DNA of 64,000 nt from Paraspadella gotoi (lineage: Eukaryota > Animalia > Chaetognatha), in assembly GCA_051294375.1 (NCBI GenBank), contig CM119265.1, positions 3,397,844-3,461,843 of the forward strand, read 5' to 3'. Positions 23,077 to 37,020 of this stretch are shown here, piece after piece; positions within the stretch are counted from its first letter, which is position 1; every line of letters starts with the position of its first letter. The notes below the pieces were generated by a model that was not told where the DNA came from, made no database searches, and worked only from the letters and a program-made list of their open reading frames with translations. The position numbers and the translations under genes are program-made.

Positions 23077-24442
23077 CTTTCTAAACGATTTAAAATATTT
23101 GGAGAAGTAGAAAAAGACAATGATCCAAGCAAAAGCCAAACAGTAAACCAAGTGGGGAACAAAGTGAGTTCCTTTGTGGTCGTCGTGAACACCTCCTCTC
23201 ACCCACACGATGACAGCGTTGAACCAAAAATCTTGAACGGCGTGACGAGGGTAGGACTCGTTGCAATATATGCCTTGAGGTAATAATTATAATTTCCTCA
23301 TTTATCAACTATTTTCAAAGGGAATTAACTTAATACCCAAATGTTTTCCAAAGTTTTGATTATCCCCAGGATCAGCTGTAGAAGTGATATTTGTATCGAA
23401 GGGACTGATGTTGACTTTATTTCTGCTGTAGAAGTTGCTGTAGGAGCTGATGATGGATCTGTTGAAGATGTGATAGTCGTCGTCGTCGCATGTGACGCCA
23501 GATGAGAAAGTTTGATTGCAGCTCAAAAATGGAAGGCTCGAGCTGAAGGACTGCGGGATAAACAGTAAACAATAATATAAATAAATAAATATATTAATCG
23601 CTTGAGTTCACTCACGCTATAAAAATAATACAATGTGTAACCAAGGATGACATTGTGATAAATGGCGATGATGAAGGATGTCCAACACATTGCGACGCCG
23701 ACTCCAGAGAAGGCACGAGTCAAACTGCCTGTCAACTTTTTGGGCAAAGAGAAAGGGGTTGTTTGGTGCTGCTAGCTACATTTACCATAAATTTTGACAT
23801 TTCACATTCAGAGTTTCACCAGCAATTCTCACCTGAGCAGGCCCTTTCTTCAGCATCTTCCCCAACAACAGCTCCATATAGCAAAGGGGATCTCTGATCA
23901 AGATTGAGACAATGATGTAGGCCCAAAGGAAGGCGCCCCCGCCATAGTGTTCGGCCAGATAAGGAAATCGCCAAACGTTTCCCAAGTTGATGGCTGCAGA
24001 CAAATAGTGAGAAACGGGAAGTAATGTAGGACTCATTTCTTATAAAAGGTCGTCCTCATTCTTTAATAAGGGTAAGCGAGCAAGTTGGGATTGAACCCCG
24101 AGACCTAGTGGTCATAAACAGAAGACACAATGAGCCACCGGGTCCTGAGAGGAAGGTCTATTTACGGGGTGAACCTGATCAATATTTCCATTTTTTTCTC
24201 ACATCTCTGTCAATTTACCTTGCCTTACCGTTTGCAGAAAATAATCCGACTTTCTCTTGTCCGGATCAAAAGTCAGGACTCGTCTCACAACCTGAGAAAG
24301 AATCACTAGTTACTCAAATCATATCTAAAAAAAATCGAAAAAAAAAATATCCTAAAGCTCATAAATTGAATTTAATAAAATCATGTATAAATTATCATAT
24401 ATTTACATCTGTTAATTTTCTTCCTGGCGATTGTCGCGCCAT
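23077..24442 (-). CDS. SLC6/NSS transporter 5' exons (24407-24442, 24219-24291, 23833-23993, 23616-23735, 23337-23550, 23077-23273): N-terminus to TM4
   Basis: Phase-consistent GT-AG exons give MARQSPGRKLTD/VVRRVLTFDPDKRKSDYFLQTVRQ/AINLGNVWRFPYLAEHYGGGAFLWAY...MELLLGK.../...FSGVG...IYHNVIL.../SFSSSLPFLSC...C.../...PHLVYCLAFAWIIVFF. The GNVWRFPYL and GGGAFL signatures of SLC6 are present. Confidence 0.92.
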
Positions 24443-26352
24443 GTTGTCTGCACAGCCGTTTTTTTTTTGTTGATTTTTTAATTGAGAAAAATCGCGAGCG
24501 AAGGTCAGATTTGAGATCTGAAATCAACGAGCGGTAATTGGGTTTTTTTAGTGGCAAAGATCAATCAACTGATTGAAAATGTTTTAAGGTATTGTTATGA
24601 TTTATTTCTACTGGTAAACATTGATAATGTACAAAGGAAAAAAATCTACATATTAAAATCTTACATATTCATGAAATTTGTTATCTAAATATTGGTTACA
24701 TTTATCATTGCATATTTTGTATTTTTTTCTCTCTTCTACCTATACATGTATGAAAACGAGCTTTCTTTGCTATTCATACTAAAATAACTATGCGCATAAT
24801 CTGCTAGTATTTTCTTTAATTTCTATTGTCGCATTTTTGTAGTTAAGGGAAAAAAACCTTTTTTGTCTCGATTTCCTCTTGACGTCATAATTCTTCATCC
24901 ACTTCACACGTGATATGATATCGATTTTTTTTAAAATATGCTGATTAAACCTAATATCTTTATCTTCTCCCCTCTCTGCCTCTATCTCTCTTTCCATCTG
25001 TTCTTCCCTATCTCTCTTTCTATCTGTTCTTCTCTATCTCTCTTTATCTCTCTGAATCTATTTCTGGTTAACTCACAAAATAAACATTTTTTTTTCCTAA
25101 TACTAGTTCAATTTAGAAAATTACCAATTCATTGTCTTAAAAAGAAGCCGCATTGATAAGAGAGCTTATATTTCAAATGTAAGCCATGTTGCATAGTTAA
25201 GTTATACAATATGTATGGTACAATTAATAAATAGTAAGTACAATGTACTCAATAAAATAATTTAGGAATACAGAATAACATTCAAATTATGGACAGACGG
25301 TTGTATAGACTGACCAACAAATTTATCTTGAGCAATTCAAAAAGTAAATTCACTTTTTTGCACACTGATAGGAAAATATCACTATGAAAATTTGAAAATT
25401 ACATGTTTCACTATTTTAAGTTTTAGGTTTTTAGGTTTAATCCCAATATGCATGTATAGGCGAGCCATCACCAAATGATGATCCTTACCTTATTATATTA
25501 CTGTTTTATTTAATATTTAGAGTATTTATGATAAACCGATGGGAACTAAATACTTAACCAAGACCCAAACATTACAGAATTTAAGTATTTAAGTTTATGC
25601 ATATATTTTTTATTATTTACTTTTCTGTTATTTTTTTTACAATGTTTATTATTATAGGACTGATATAGGTTAGGTATATTGGATAGGAGCCAGTTGACTC
25701 AATCAATCCTATATATTATTATTTATGAGGTGCTGTATCTAATATATTTCATTTCCATTCTTCGACGAATGGTCGAGATGCTTTATCTACCCGATTACCA
25801 CGAAAGAGACATCAATAAGAAACCACAATTCAGTTTCAGGATCACAAATGAATTTCTCTCTCTCAATCTTCTTCTGTTTGCAGAAAGCCGCCATTGAAGA
25901 CGCCTCTTGGTGAACCCGATGGCGTTTGTTGTGAGATGGTAGCCTTGGTTACAGACTGTGAAGAGGAAATGGGAGATAATGACAGAACAGATGGTGAAGT
26001 AGATGATGAAGATGATAAACAGGATGGGGGAAGACCTAGAAGATAGATCAGACGGAAAGTCACAAAGAGGAAAAGAGAGAGAGGACGAAGCTGATGACTC
26101 GTGATAGGGATCCCAACTGAAAGTGCGTCTCACCGCCTGGGATGGTGAAAATGAAATTAATAAATATAATGTTCGTAAAATTTATTTGTAAATTCTTTTT
26201 CCTATTTAAATTCTGCTATCATTTTATTTATATTTAGAAAGCTATTGAATTCTTAAGATTAAGTAAGATTAAGTAAAATTACTGGATGAAATCAATTATT
26301 TGAATAATATAATTATTATTTTAATTTAACTGCTAAAATATTTTAAACAGCA

Positions 26353-26436
26353 TATGGTGGACTATAATCCACCAACCGTTCATCAGCGACCATTTGTGTC
26401 GAAGGCAAGTCATTCGCCTCCCAACCCAAAGGTCCG
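26353..26436 (+). mobile_element. SINE family 1, 5' fragment
   Basis: ggtggactataatccaccaaccgttcatcagcg...cgcctcccaacccaaaggtccg. Confidence 0.6.
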
Positions 26437-29079
26437 TAATTTTTTCCCTTCAACTTCACTGATAATCATAATGTAGTTCCTGCTCTTTCATAAAGTTATT
26501 TTGAAAGTCCAAATTAACGCTCCTCTCTCTCTCAATCTCTATCTCTCTCCTTCTCTCGTCTATTCAATCTCTCTCTTCTACTCTGCATCGTCTCTCTCTC
26601 TCTCAGATCTCGTCTATCTCTCGCTCTCTTCTCTCTCTCTGTGAACGCAAACCCACAAATCTTTGGGAATGGGAACCAACACCCTCTCTCTCGTCTTCTC
26701 CAATCACTTACTCGTCTCCTCTCTCTAAAATCTCCAAAACTCTCCCACTCTCAGTCTCTCCCTCTCTCTCTCTCAGTCCTCTCTCTCTCTATACTATCAG
26801 GAAGGAGAAATGGATTTTCTCGTAGATTCCTTGTTTTTCGCTCGTTAATTGTTCGACTGTTGTGAATTAATCTTCAGAATCTGGAAACAATCGTGTTTTT
26901 TCTCTGCAAAAACAGAAAACTTTCTTTTTTATTTTATTTTATTTTATTTACGTAAACAAAGATACTGCTAAAATACAAATTTTTCGTAATGTCTGACATA
27001 AATGCAAACATAATCAAATAAAATCAAAATGTTCATAAAAGAACAAAACGCTTCAATGTAAGACAAGTGCTGAGTCCTGCTATGCTATTATCTAGTTAGA
27101 AGGATGGGTGCCTTAACCCATCAAAGCCTGTCACAATTTTGAGGCAAAATAGCCTATATGTTAAAATAAATTAATATTTCATAAAAATCTTACATATAAA
27201 TGTATATACTATTTAGAACCGGTTTTGGTTCTGATTCAATTATCCAAAACAAAATATCTTGAATGTTTAAAAACATTATTTTAAAAAACAAAGCACTTTA
27301 CTTATAGTTACTTATAGTTATATGTAGCACCAAAAGGATTTAATTAAATAACTCGATTTTCAGCTGAGGGCGGCGCTGTAGTCGGAGAGAGACAGAAGAC
27401 AAAAGAACACGAGGTTAGAGGGAGGAGGAGGAGGAGGAGGAGGAGGAAGAAGANNNNNNNNNNNNNNNNNNNNNNNNNNNNNNNNNNNNNNNNNNNNNNN
27501 NNNNNNNNNNNNNNNNNNNNNNNNNNNNNNNNNNNNNNNNNNNNNNNNNNNNNNNNNNNNNNNNNNNNNNNNNNNNNNNNNNNNNNNNNNNNNNNNNNNN
27601 NNNNNNNNNNNNNNNNNNNNNNNNNNNNNNNNNNNNNNNNNNNNNNNNNNNNNNNNNNNNNNNNNNNNNNNNNNNNNNNNNNNNNNNNNNNNNNNNNNNN
27701 NNGAGAGAGAGAGAGTCTAGCTTCGTTTTTACACCTCCTTAGTGATTTAAAACTTAACTTTGCGGTTTTTAATAAAACAAAGAATTATTACGCGAAGCAT
27801 AAAACGAAGGATTAAAAAGAAAATGATAGAAAAAAGGAAAAAAATCTCCCCTCGACCCTAATTCCTTCGAGGACCCTNNNNNNNNNNNNNNNNNNNNNNN
27901 NNNNNNNNNNNNNNNNNNNNNNNNNNNNNNNNNNNNNNNNNNNNNNNNNNNNNNNNNNNNNNNNNNNNNNNNNNNNNNNNNNNNNNNNNNNNNNNNNNNN
28001 NNNNNNNNNNNNNNNNNNNNNNNNNNNNNNNNNNNNNNNNNNNNNNNNNNNNNNNNNNNNNNNNNNNNNNNNNNNNNNNNNNNNNNNNNNNNNNNNNNNN
28101 NNNNNNNNNNNNNNNNNNNNNNNNNNNNNNNNNNNNNNNNNNNNNNNNNNNNNNNNNNNNNNAACTTCTTTTATTTTTGTTCTTCCTAACGTTTTTTTTT
28201 TTAGTTCCGGATGAAACAAAGGAAGAAACGGAATTAAAATAGTAAGTAAAACTATATTTAAAAACTTGGATTAAAATGTNNNNNNNNNNNNNNNNNNNNN
28301 NNNNNNNNNNNNNNNNNNNNNNNNNNNNNNNNNNNNNNNNNNNNNNNNNNNNNNNNNNNNNNNNNNNNNNNNNNNNNNNNNNNNNNNNNNNNNNNNNNNN
28401 NNNNNNNNNNNNNNNNNNNNNNNNNNNNNNNNNNNNNNNNNNNNNNNNNNNNNNNNNNNNNNNNNNNNNNNNNNNNNNNNNNNNNNNNNNNNNNNNNNNN
28501 NNNNNNNNNNNNNNNNNNNNNNNNNNNNNNNNNNNNNNNNNNNNNNNNNNNNNNNNNNNNNNNNNNNNNNNNNNNNNNNNNNNNNNNNNNNNNNNNNNNN
28601 NNNNNNNNNNNNNNNNNNNNNNNNNNNNNNNNNNNNNNNNNNNNNNNNNNNNNNNNNNNNNNNNNNNNNNNNNNNNNNNNNNNNNNNNNNNNNNNNNNNN
28701 NNNNNNNNNNNNNNNNNNNNNNNNNNNNNNNNNNNNNNNNNNNNNNNNNNNNNNNNNNNNNNNNNNNNNNNNNNNNNNNNNNNNNNNNNNNNNNNNNNNN
28801 NNNNNNNNNNNNNNNNNNNNNNNNNNNNNNNNNNNNNNNNNNNNNNNNNNNNNNNNNNNNNNNNNNNNNNNNNNNNNNNNNNNNNNNNNNNNNNNNNNNN
28901 NNNNNNNNNNNNNNNNNNNNNNNNNNNNNNNNNNNNNNNNNNNNNNNNTTCGCTCCAGGTTTGTGTCATCCCCAGTTCTTCACTTCATTGATTTTTGTCC
29001 TTTTTTCTTTATTTCATCCATTGAAAGAAGCAAGACAGACGAAAAGAAAGAGAGAAAAAAGATAGAAAGAATGAAAGAG

Positions 29080-29118
<39 letters not shown>

Positions 29119-29768
29119 AATAAAGGAGCGACAGACATAAAATAAAAGAGAATCGAGGATTATTTATGTTTATGTCTTTTGTTCTCGCGCCGTTGAAATC
29201 CGACCCCGAGAGATGGCGCGACCATGCGAGGCCAAGATGGCGTCGGAGGAGTGGAAAAAAAAAGGGGGAGAAACGCCCTCTCGTGGAGGAAGGGTAGAAC
29301 TAAAACATGTTGCTTATAAAAATCGAAAAATAGACTTGCGAAGGTTTAGAATTGTTTTGAGCTCAATCACTTTTCCATCTTAGTACTTTATACTTTATAC
29401 TTCTTTTTATCTTCTCTCGTCTCTTTAACTATCTTCTTTCAATCTCTGTTCTAATTTCTTTTCTTTTTATCTTTCTTCTTAGTTATTATCTCCTCATTTC
29501 TACTTTACTTATCTAATCTTCTACCAAAATCTGCCAAAATCTTTCTTTTCTTTTCTCTAATTTCTCAAAAGCTGACGTTTCTCTGTCCATCATTATTTTT
29601 CTTAGATTTTTAATATTTATTTTAATATTTTTAATATTTAATATTTATATATATTATATCATTATTTTATTTCTCTTTATTTCACTTATTTATCACTTTT
29701 ATAATCTCTCCATTAGTCCCTTTTACCCAATTTTTCTATTTCACTGTCTTTCCCTCTTATTCGCTTTC

Positions 29769-29821
<53 letters not shown>

Positions 29822-30518
29822 CCTCTCTCGAGAGATTGAGAGATTTCTCGCTCAATTTCGCCGCGAGTCGGATTTTTATGGAGCGAGAAGCGAGACGCTC
29901 GGTTACATACGGGACTTTCAAAAATTTGGCGGAAAGAGGGGATAAACATGTAAATCCCGTTACATCCGTGTCCTTAACAATTTGGCATAAAGAGGTGATA
30001 AACATGCAAATCGAGTTACATACGGGCATTAAGAAGTCCAGAACTAACCTTGGCTTGAGTCTTGTGCGTTAATGAATTGAGTCTGCGACTTGTAGTGCAT
30101 CCGGAAATTAAAAAAAAATATACTATTATACTTTTTGTTTATGGTAATACTATTAATTTTGGAAACTGAAATAGTAATTTGATCGATTATACAATTTAAT
30201 AGATAAATGAGTAAATAAATTAAATTTTATGTCTTTTGTTTTTTCCGTTGACCCTTATTGCGATGTCATAATTATCATCATCATATCATCAATATCATAT
30301 TCATTGTTTCTCATCTTCATCTTCGTCGTCGTCGTCGTCGTCGTTTTCGTCTTCCCTACCGCCGTTCCCTTCCCCTGTTCAATTGACCCCGCTCGCCCGA
30401 TGAGGCCACTCTGTCTCGCTCTCGCCACGACTCCGTCTCATCATCATTTTAAGATCGTTTTTTGTGATTTTTGCATAATTCGTCATAATCACGGCTGCCC
30501 CTTTGAGGGGCGATAGAG

Positions 30519-30608
<90 letters not shown>

Positions 30609-31799
30609 AGAACTGTTGTGAACTAATTTTCTGCAGGGTGAAGTTTTTTCCATAAATTTATGTTTAGCTTTTTATGTGATATTACTATATTTGAATGTAT
30701 CTTATGACTGAGCTAAAACAGTAGAGCACATTCAAAACTAATATTTTTATATTTCAAAACATTTGTGCATAATTGAACAAAGTTTTAAAGCTGAAAAATT
30801 AAAAATATCTTTTTTGGCACTTTCCCAAAAACGCTGCTTGTGAAAAATATAAAATCAAGGAAATGAATTTTAAATGAATTTTGAAGCAGACTACTCTTAA
30901 CTTTATCGTTACCAATGACGTGACTCTCTCTCTCTCTCACACTCACAAACCTCGGCGACCATCCATCCACTCTTATCTCTCGCTAACTTCAGCTAATTTT
31001 CAACAATTATTTTTCTTCTTCTTCTTTTTCTTCTTTTTCCGAATCCGTCCGTCCGTCCGTCCGTCCGTCGACCAGAATATCACAAGTGGAGACAGAAAAT
31101 TTAAAAGGATCAACATCCGTGGTTGTTATTTGTTTCTGTATGTTTGTTTATGTTTTTAAAGAAGGTGAACATCATAATAGCGAATATTGTGAGACTTATT
31201 TTGAAAAAAAAAGGTTATCAAATTATCAAAGCTCATTTGTCATTTTGTTGGTTCAATCGTGAACTATTTAAGTCAATTCAATGAAAAACACAATACATAA
31301 GACGTTTCGGTGGTCACCTCAACGAAAAATATCACGAGAGATATAACTAGACCAGTTCCGAATTTGTTGGGTCACCCGATTCCCGCCGCAACCGACGCCC
31401 ATAAATTTGAGTTCATTTAGTTGCAAATTGGCGGGAAGTTTGACATCGGACCTCGAGGGGCAGAACTTCGTCAAGGGCCTCACACACTTGGCTTTTTTCC
31501 TCCTCGCGGTCCTACGATCTACCCACACGGACCACACTCTGCCCACACCACAATACCCACATCGCCCCTTCGGACCCTTTATTGTCGAAGATGATTACGG
31601 AGGAGGAGATTCGAAGTCTTGAGTGGGAATTGGGTGGTCAGATGGAGGTGGTTGCAAGGGTGGTGGTTGGATGGTGGAAGAAGATGACGGGATGAGGGTG
31701 GAAATAGAAGTGGTGGCTAAGAGTGGTACTGGTCAATAGTGGACAATTGTGAGAGGAAAGTTATTGGAGGATGATTAAAGTTTTCGACTTTGAGAAAAA

Positions 31800-32015
31800 C
31801 CTCAAAAATCTAAAATCTAAAACGTAAATGTAAATCTAAATCTGAACAATCTTAAAAATCAAAATAAAATCTAAAATCTAAAACGTAAATCTAAATCTAA
31901 ATCTGAACAATCTAAAAAATAAAAATAAAATCTAAAATCTAAAATTTAAAACGTAAATCTAAATCTAAATCCGAACAATCTTAAAAAAACAAAATCAAAT
32001 CTAAAATCTAAAATA
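31800..32015. repeat. AT-rich tandem repeat (~60-65 bp unit built on AAATCT), about 3 copies
   Basis: aaaacgtaaatctaaatctaaatctgaacaatct recurs three times. Confidence 0.75.
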
Positions 32016-32380
32016 AATCGTTGCTTGAACTACTTTAAATTGTTTTTAATTTAAAATCTAAAATCTAAAATTTTAAAAAACTTAAAAATATTGAAAATCT
32101 TAAAAAAAATCTAGTAAACAAAGATTGATTTTAGCTTAAAAGATTTATTGCAAAACTTTAAACGAGTCTTATATTTTTTGCAAGGGTCGTCAACCCATAG
32201 TGACGACGCTCACGGCGAAAGGGTCAAAGGTCAAATGAGTCGTTTGAGGTCAAAGGTCAATCGGGGCGAAAAGGTTCATGAGGTCAAAGAGGAAGATTTT
32301 TTTATTGGGGGGAAGCGGAGAGGAAGGGAGGGATAGAGGAAAGTGAGTCCATTATGTTAGAGAAGAGAGAGAGAGAGAGA

Positions 32381-32439
<59 letters not shown>

Positions 32440-32744
32440 TGAGTGTGTTAAGGAGGTAAAGGTGAGATGAGATGATATAATGGATGAGAGTTCTTCTAAA
32501 AAATAGGGTCATTTTAGCTTAAAGGAAAAAAAGGCAGGTTGCGTAAGAGTAAAGATAATTTTGTGGAAGGCGGAAGAATAAAAATGCTTAGTCCCAATTT
32601 AAAATTAAAATAATACAATTAGTTTAAATCTACCGACAGACATACTAAGAACTGGGAGACATCGCTACTGACAGATTGTTAAAATTGACAGACAGACAAA
32701 TAACTGCAATTGATAGACACAGTAACTTGCAAACTTTGACAAAT

Positions 32745-32955
32745 TTTGACATTGAAACTGACAAACATTGAAGCTTATAGACATTGCAACTGACAGACAT
32801 TGAAACTGACAAACATTGAAACTGACAAACACTAAAACTGACAGACATTGGTACTGACAGACATTGGTACTGACAGACATTGGTACTGACAGACATTGGT
32901 ACTGACAGACATTGGTACTGACAGACATTGGTACTGACAGACATTGGTACTGACA
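32745..32955. repeat. 16-bp minisatellite (ACTGACAGACATTGGT)n with degenerate left flank
   Basis: Direct inspection; perfect units at ~32837-32955. Confidence 0.9.
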
Positions 32956-33059
32956 CTTCCGCTGAAAACCTCGTTTCCCTCATTTCGCTTTTCCAATCTT
33001 ATTTTCGCCTGATTCTCGTTGGAAACCAAAGCAANNNNNNNNNNNNNNNNNNNNNNNNN

Positions 33060-33095
<36 letters not shown>

Positions 33096-33211
33096 AGAGC
33101 AGAGAGAGAAAAGCTGCTTGTCCTCGAGCATCCAGGAGGCGTGCTGTTGGAACCAAAGTCAAAATGGAGACGAGAGCGGCGAGAACGAAGAGCGAGAGAG
33201 AGAGAGGAAGA

Positions 33212-33243
<32 letters not shown>

Positions 33244-34073
33244 GAGAGAAGAGAGAGAGAGAGAGAGAACTCTCCCCGCCCCGAAAAAGAAGTGATGGTT
33301 TCCCCTGATTGCAAACCCGAAATCCATGGTCGCCTGTCATTTCGCGTCTCTCTCTCTCATCTCTCTCTTCTCTCCTCTCACGTCTCATCTATCCTCTCTC
33401 CAGAGTTCATACGCCGTCGCTGCCTCGTCTCTACGGACGTCAGGGTCTCTTTCTATCTCTCTCTCTCTCTCTCTCTCTCTCATGATTTGTGCAGCACTCT
33501 GTCTCACTCTTTCCCTTCCGTTCTCTCTCTATCCTTGGATTGAGCAGAGTTGATTCTTTTTATTTCCCCTCCTCATACACTGAGGATGTGAACGAGCTGT
33601 GAAAACCGCTCTTGCTTAGTCCGATAGAGCTGAGGCGTTTTGACCGGCGTAATACTTGATGTAAAGGCAAAGCGTTAAGGTTATTTGGACAAACGGTTTA
33701 ATAAAAAGGCGAAGAGACAAAAAGTAAGTATAGAGTAAGTCTTTACATTTTATTACAAGCACAAGGTTTACATTAAGTAGGGAATCTATTTTCTAAATGT
33801 GATTTACTGTTTCAGGTACAAAATATTTTGTGGAAAAAAATGTTTTATACTTAGCACAGTAAATATTATTTTGAAAAGGCATCTCATACCTGCTTGCTTT
33901 CGCATAAAAATGAATTTCCTTTCTTATATAGTCGTTTTCTATCGTAAATTACAATCTATCTACTTACTATTAGACTATCTGAGAGCCTTTTTTTCTTTTT
34001 TCTTTCTTTTCTTTCCAAGATTTTAGTCGCCTTTTCTTCTCTCCTCTAATCTTTTTGTCCCTTTCTTTCAAGG

Positions 34074-34105
<32 letters not shown>

Positions 34106-35901
34106 NNNNNNNNNNNNNNNNNNNNNNNNNNNNNNNNNNNNNNNNNNNNNNNNNNNNNNNNNNNNNNNNNNNNNNNNNNNNNNNNNNNNNNNNNNNNNNN
34201 NNNNNNNNNNNNNNNNNNNNNNNNNNNNNNNNNNNNNNNNNNNNNNNNNNNNNNNNNNNNNNNNNNNNNNNNNNNNNNNNNNNNNNNNNNNNNNNNNNNN
34301 NNNNNNNNNNNNNNNNNNNNNNNNNNNNNNNNNNNNNNNNNNNNNNNNNNNNNNNNNNNNNNNNNNNNNNNNNNNNNNNNNNNNNNNNNNNNNNNNNNNN
34401 NNNNNNNNNNNNNNNNNNNNNNNNNNNNNNNNNNNNNNNNNNNNNNNNNNNNNNNNNNNNNNNNNNNNNNNNNNNNNNNNNNNNNNNNNNNNNNNNNNNN
34501 NNNNNNNNNNNNNNNNNNNNNNNNNNNNNNNNNNTGAATCAAATTAGTCAACAAATGTTAGTAAAACTCATGACTTTCTCAAACTAACAAAATATTCCTC
34601 GTCTTTTAGTGGATGAACTCCCGCCCTCTTTTGGCGGGCGAATCTCCACCGCGCCGCACTCGGCACTGCACGGCTCTGCACTCTGCACTGCAGACACTCA
34701 AAAATCTTCTCTCATTCAGAATATTTCAAAAGATTTTTTTTCTTTCTCCTTTTTTTACTTTTTTTTGAGAATATTTCTGCTCATTTTTTTTGCTCTGTTT
34801 TCCTAGAATGCCCCATTTCTGTTTTTGGCTTTCTTTTCCGAGAGTACTTTATATTTTTTTNNNNNNNNNNNNNNNNNNNNNNNNNNNNNNNNNNNNNNNN
34901 NNNNNNNNNNNNNNNNNNNNNNNNNNNNNNNNNNNNNNNNNNNNNNNNNNNNNNNNNNNNNNNNNNNNNNNNNNNNNNNNNNNNNNNNNNNNNNNNNNNN
35001 NNNNNNNNNNNNNNNNNNNNNNNNNNNNNNNNNNNNNNNNNAACCTTTATCCCTAATCTTAATCTCTAACCCTAAAAGTGATTCCCTAACCCAAATCTCT
35101 AACCCCAATCATAAACTAATTCCCTAACTTTAATCACTAATCTAATCCTTAACCTTTAACTAAAAAAAATTAGATAAAATGGAGCGTTCTCAGAAAATAA
35201 GGCCCTTTTTTTTCTCTTCCTTTTTTTTATTTCGGCATTTCTTTAGACAGAATACTATCGAAAAGATCACCGAGGGAGTGGACGGCGCGAAACGGGATTT
35301 TTTGTGAGATTTGTGAAAAGAGGGACGGGCGTGATGATGAGGGCGAGGAGGAGGAGGAGGAGGAGGANNNNNNNNNNNNNNNNNNNNNNNNNNNNNNNNN
35401 NNNNNNNNNNNNNNNNNNNNNNNNNNNNNNNNNNNNNNNNNNNNNNNNNNNNNNNNNNNNNNNNNNNNNNNNNNNNNNNNNNNNNNNNNNNNNNNNNNNN
35501 NNNNNNNNNNNNNNNNNNNNNNNNNNNNNNNNNNNNNNNNNNNNNNNNNNNNNNNNNNNNNNNNNNNNNNNNNNNNNNNNNNNNNNNNNNNNNNNNNNNN
35601 NNNNNNNNNNNNNNNNNNNNNNNNNNNNNNNNNNNNNNNNNNNNNNNNNNNNAAAGGGGGAGAAAAAAAGTTGAAATGGAGGAAAGGGAGGAAATGGTTA
35701 AGGAGTTAAGAGAGAAGAAAATCACAAATGGGAGAAGAAAGAGAAGGAGAATGTGAAGGGAAAAGAGAGAAGGAGAATGAAGAAGGAGAAGAGAGAAGGA
35801 GAAAGTGAAGGGAAAAGAGAGAAGGAGAATGAAGTAGGAAATGTTAGAAGGAGAATGAAGAGGAAGAAGAAAAAGAAAAAGAGAAAAAATAAAAGAATGA
35901 A

Positions 35902-35939
<38 letters not shown>

Positions 35940-36395
35940 GAGAGAGAGAGAGAGACCGAGTACTCTAGTGATGGAGAGGGTCACGACCTCTCGCGGTTAC
36001 GGTACAAAGATGGGATCAGATGATTTCTGCGGCAGACGGATTCGCCGTGAAAAGGATTTGCGCTTTCGTTCGCTACAGGGTGAAATTTGTCGAATCACAC
36101 GTTCGTGAAAACTGGAATTTCGGTTTTAAAGATTTATTGTGATCGTTTATTCAAATTATTGTTTAGTGTTAAATTGAGCATTATTTACGGTCTTTCTTTC
36201 AACATACTCGGTTATGATTCGCATTTTTTGAATAAATAAGCATTTAAACAAAATTAATGTTTACTACAGTGTTATTGTAATAGAGTTAACAATGACACGG
36301 GTCGAATAGAGAAGAACCCATGAACCAAATTGAAGTTTCTTCTCCCAATTTCAATTTCGTTCGTTATTTCTTGATCACAGCTAATCAGTCCACAC

Positions 36396-36504
<109 letters not shown>

Positions 36505-36584
36505 CTTTAGTAATTGATTTGGGCATAAAAGGGGAAGGCATGATGGCGAAGGCAGCTCCGGGGTCGGCCGGCTTCCGCGCCGAC

Positions 36585-37020
36585 GCTCTCCGCGAGCACG
36601 GTGCCGACACGGTGCCGACGTGGTGCCGACGCAAGACCAATGCGGAGACGAGGCGAAACCGACGTAATACCGTTGCAGTGCTGACTCGGTGCCAACGAGG
36701 CGCCGATGCACGACGATGGCGGAGCCGAGACGAGGCCAATGCCACTGCGCCGACGCAATGGCGACGTAATACCGCTGCAGTGCCGACGGGGTGCCGACGC
36801 AATGCCGACTCGGTGCCGAGACGAAGCCGACGTGATGTTTACGCGGTGATGAGGCAAGAAGGTGCTGTCCCGACGCAGTGCCAACGCAATATCGATGCGG
36901 TGCTGACGCGGTACCGACGCAGGGCCGACACGTTGCCGATGCATGACCTAAGCGTTGCCGACTCGATGCCGTTGCAAGTACGAACGTTTCCGACGCGGTG
37001 CCGACGCAAGACCGACGCCC
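36585..37020. repeat. GC-rich degenerate 11-bp tandem repeat (GTGCCGACGCG-like)
   Basis: Recurrent (t)gccgac motifs at multiples of 11 bp. Confidence 0.65.

Noticed and set aside
31310-31740. GC-richer island that looked exon-like
   Set aside because: No frame gave a recognisable motif or consistent splice sites.
32645-32983. Cys-rich ORFs (VCQYQCLSVPMS repeats)
   Set aside because: They are translations of a 16-bp minisatellite that is open in several frames, with no splice or domain support.
27453-35652. ORFs spanning N runs and ER/SL-repeat ORFs
   Set aside because: Artefacts of assembly gaps and (GA)n microsatellites.
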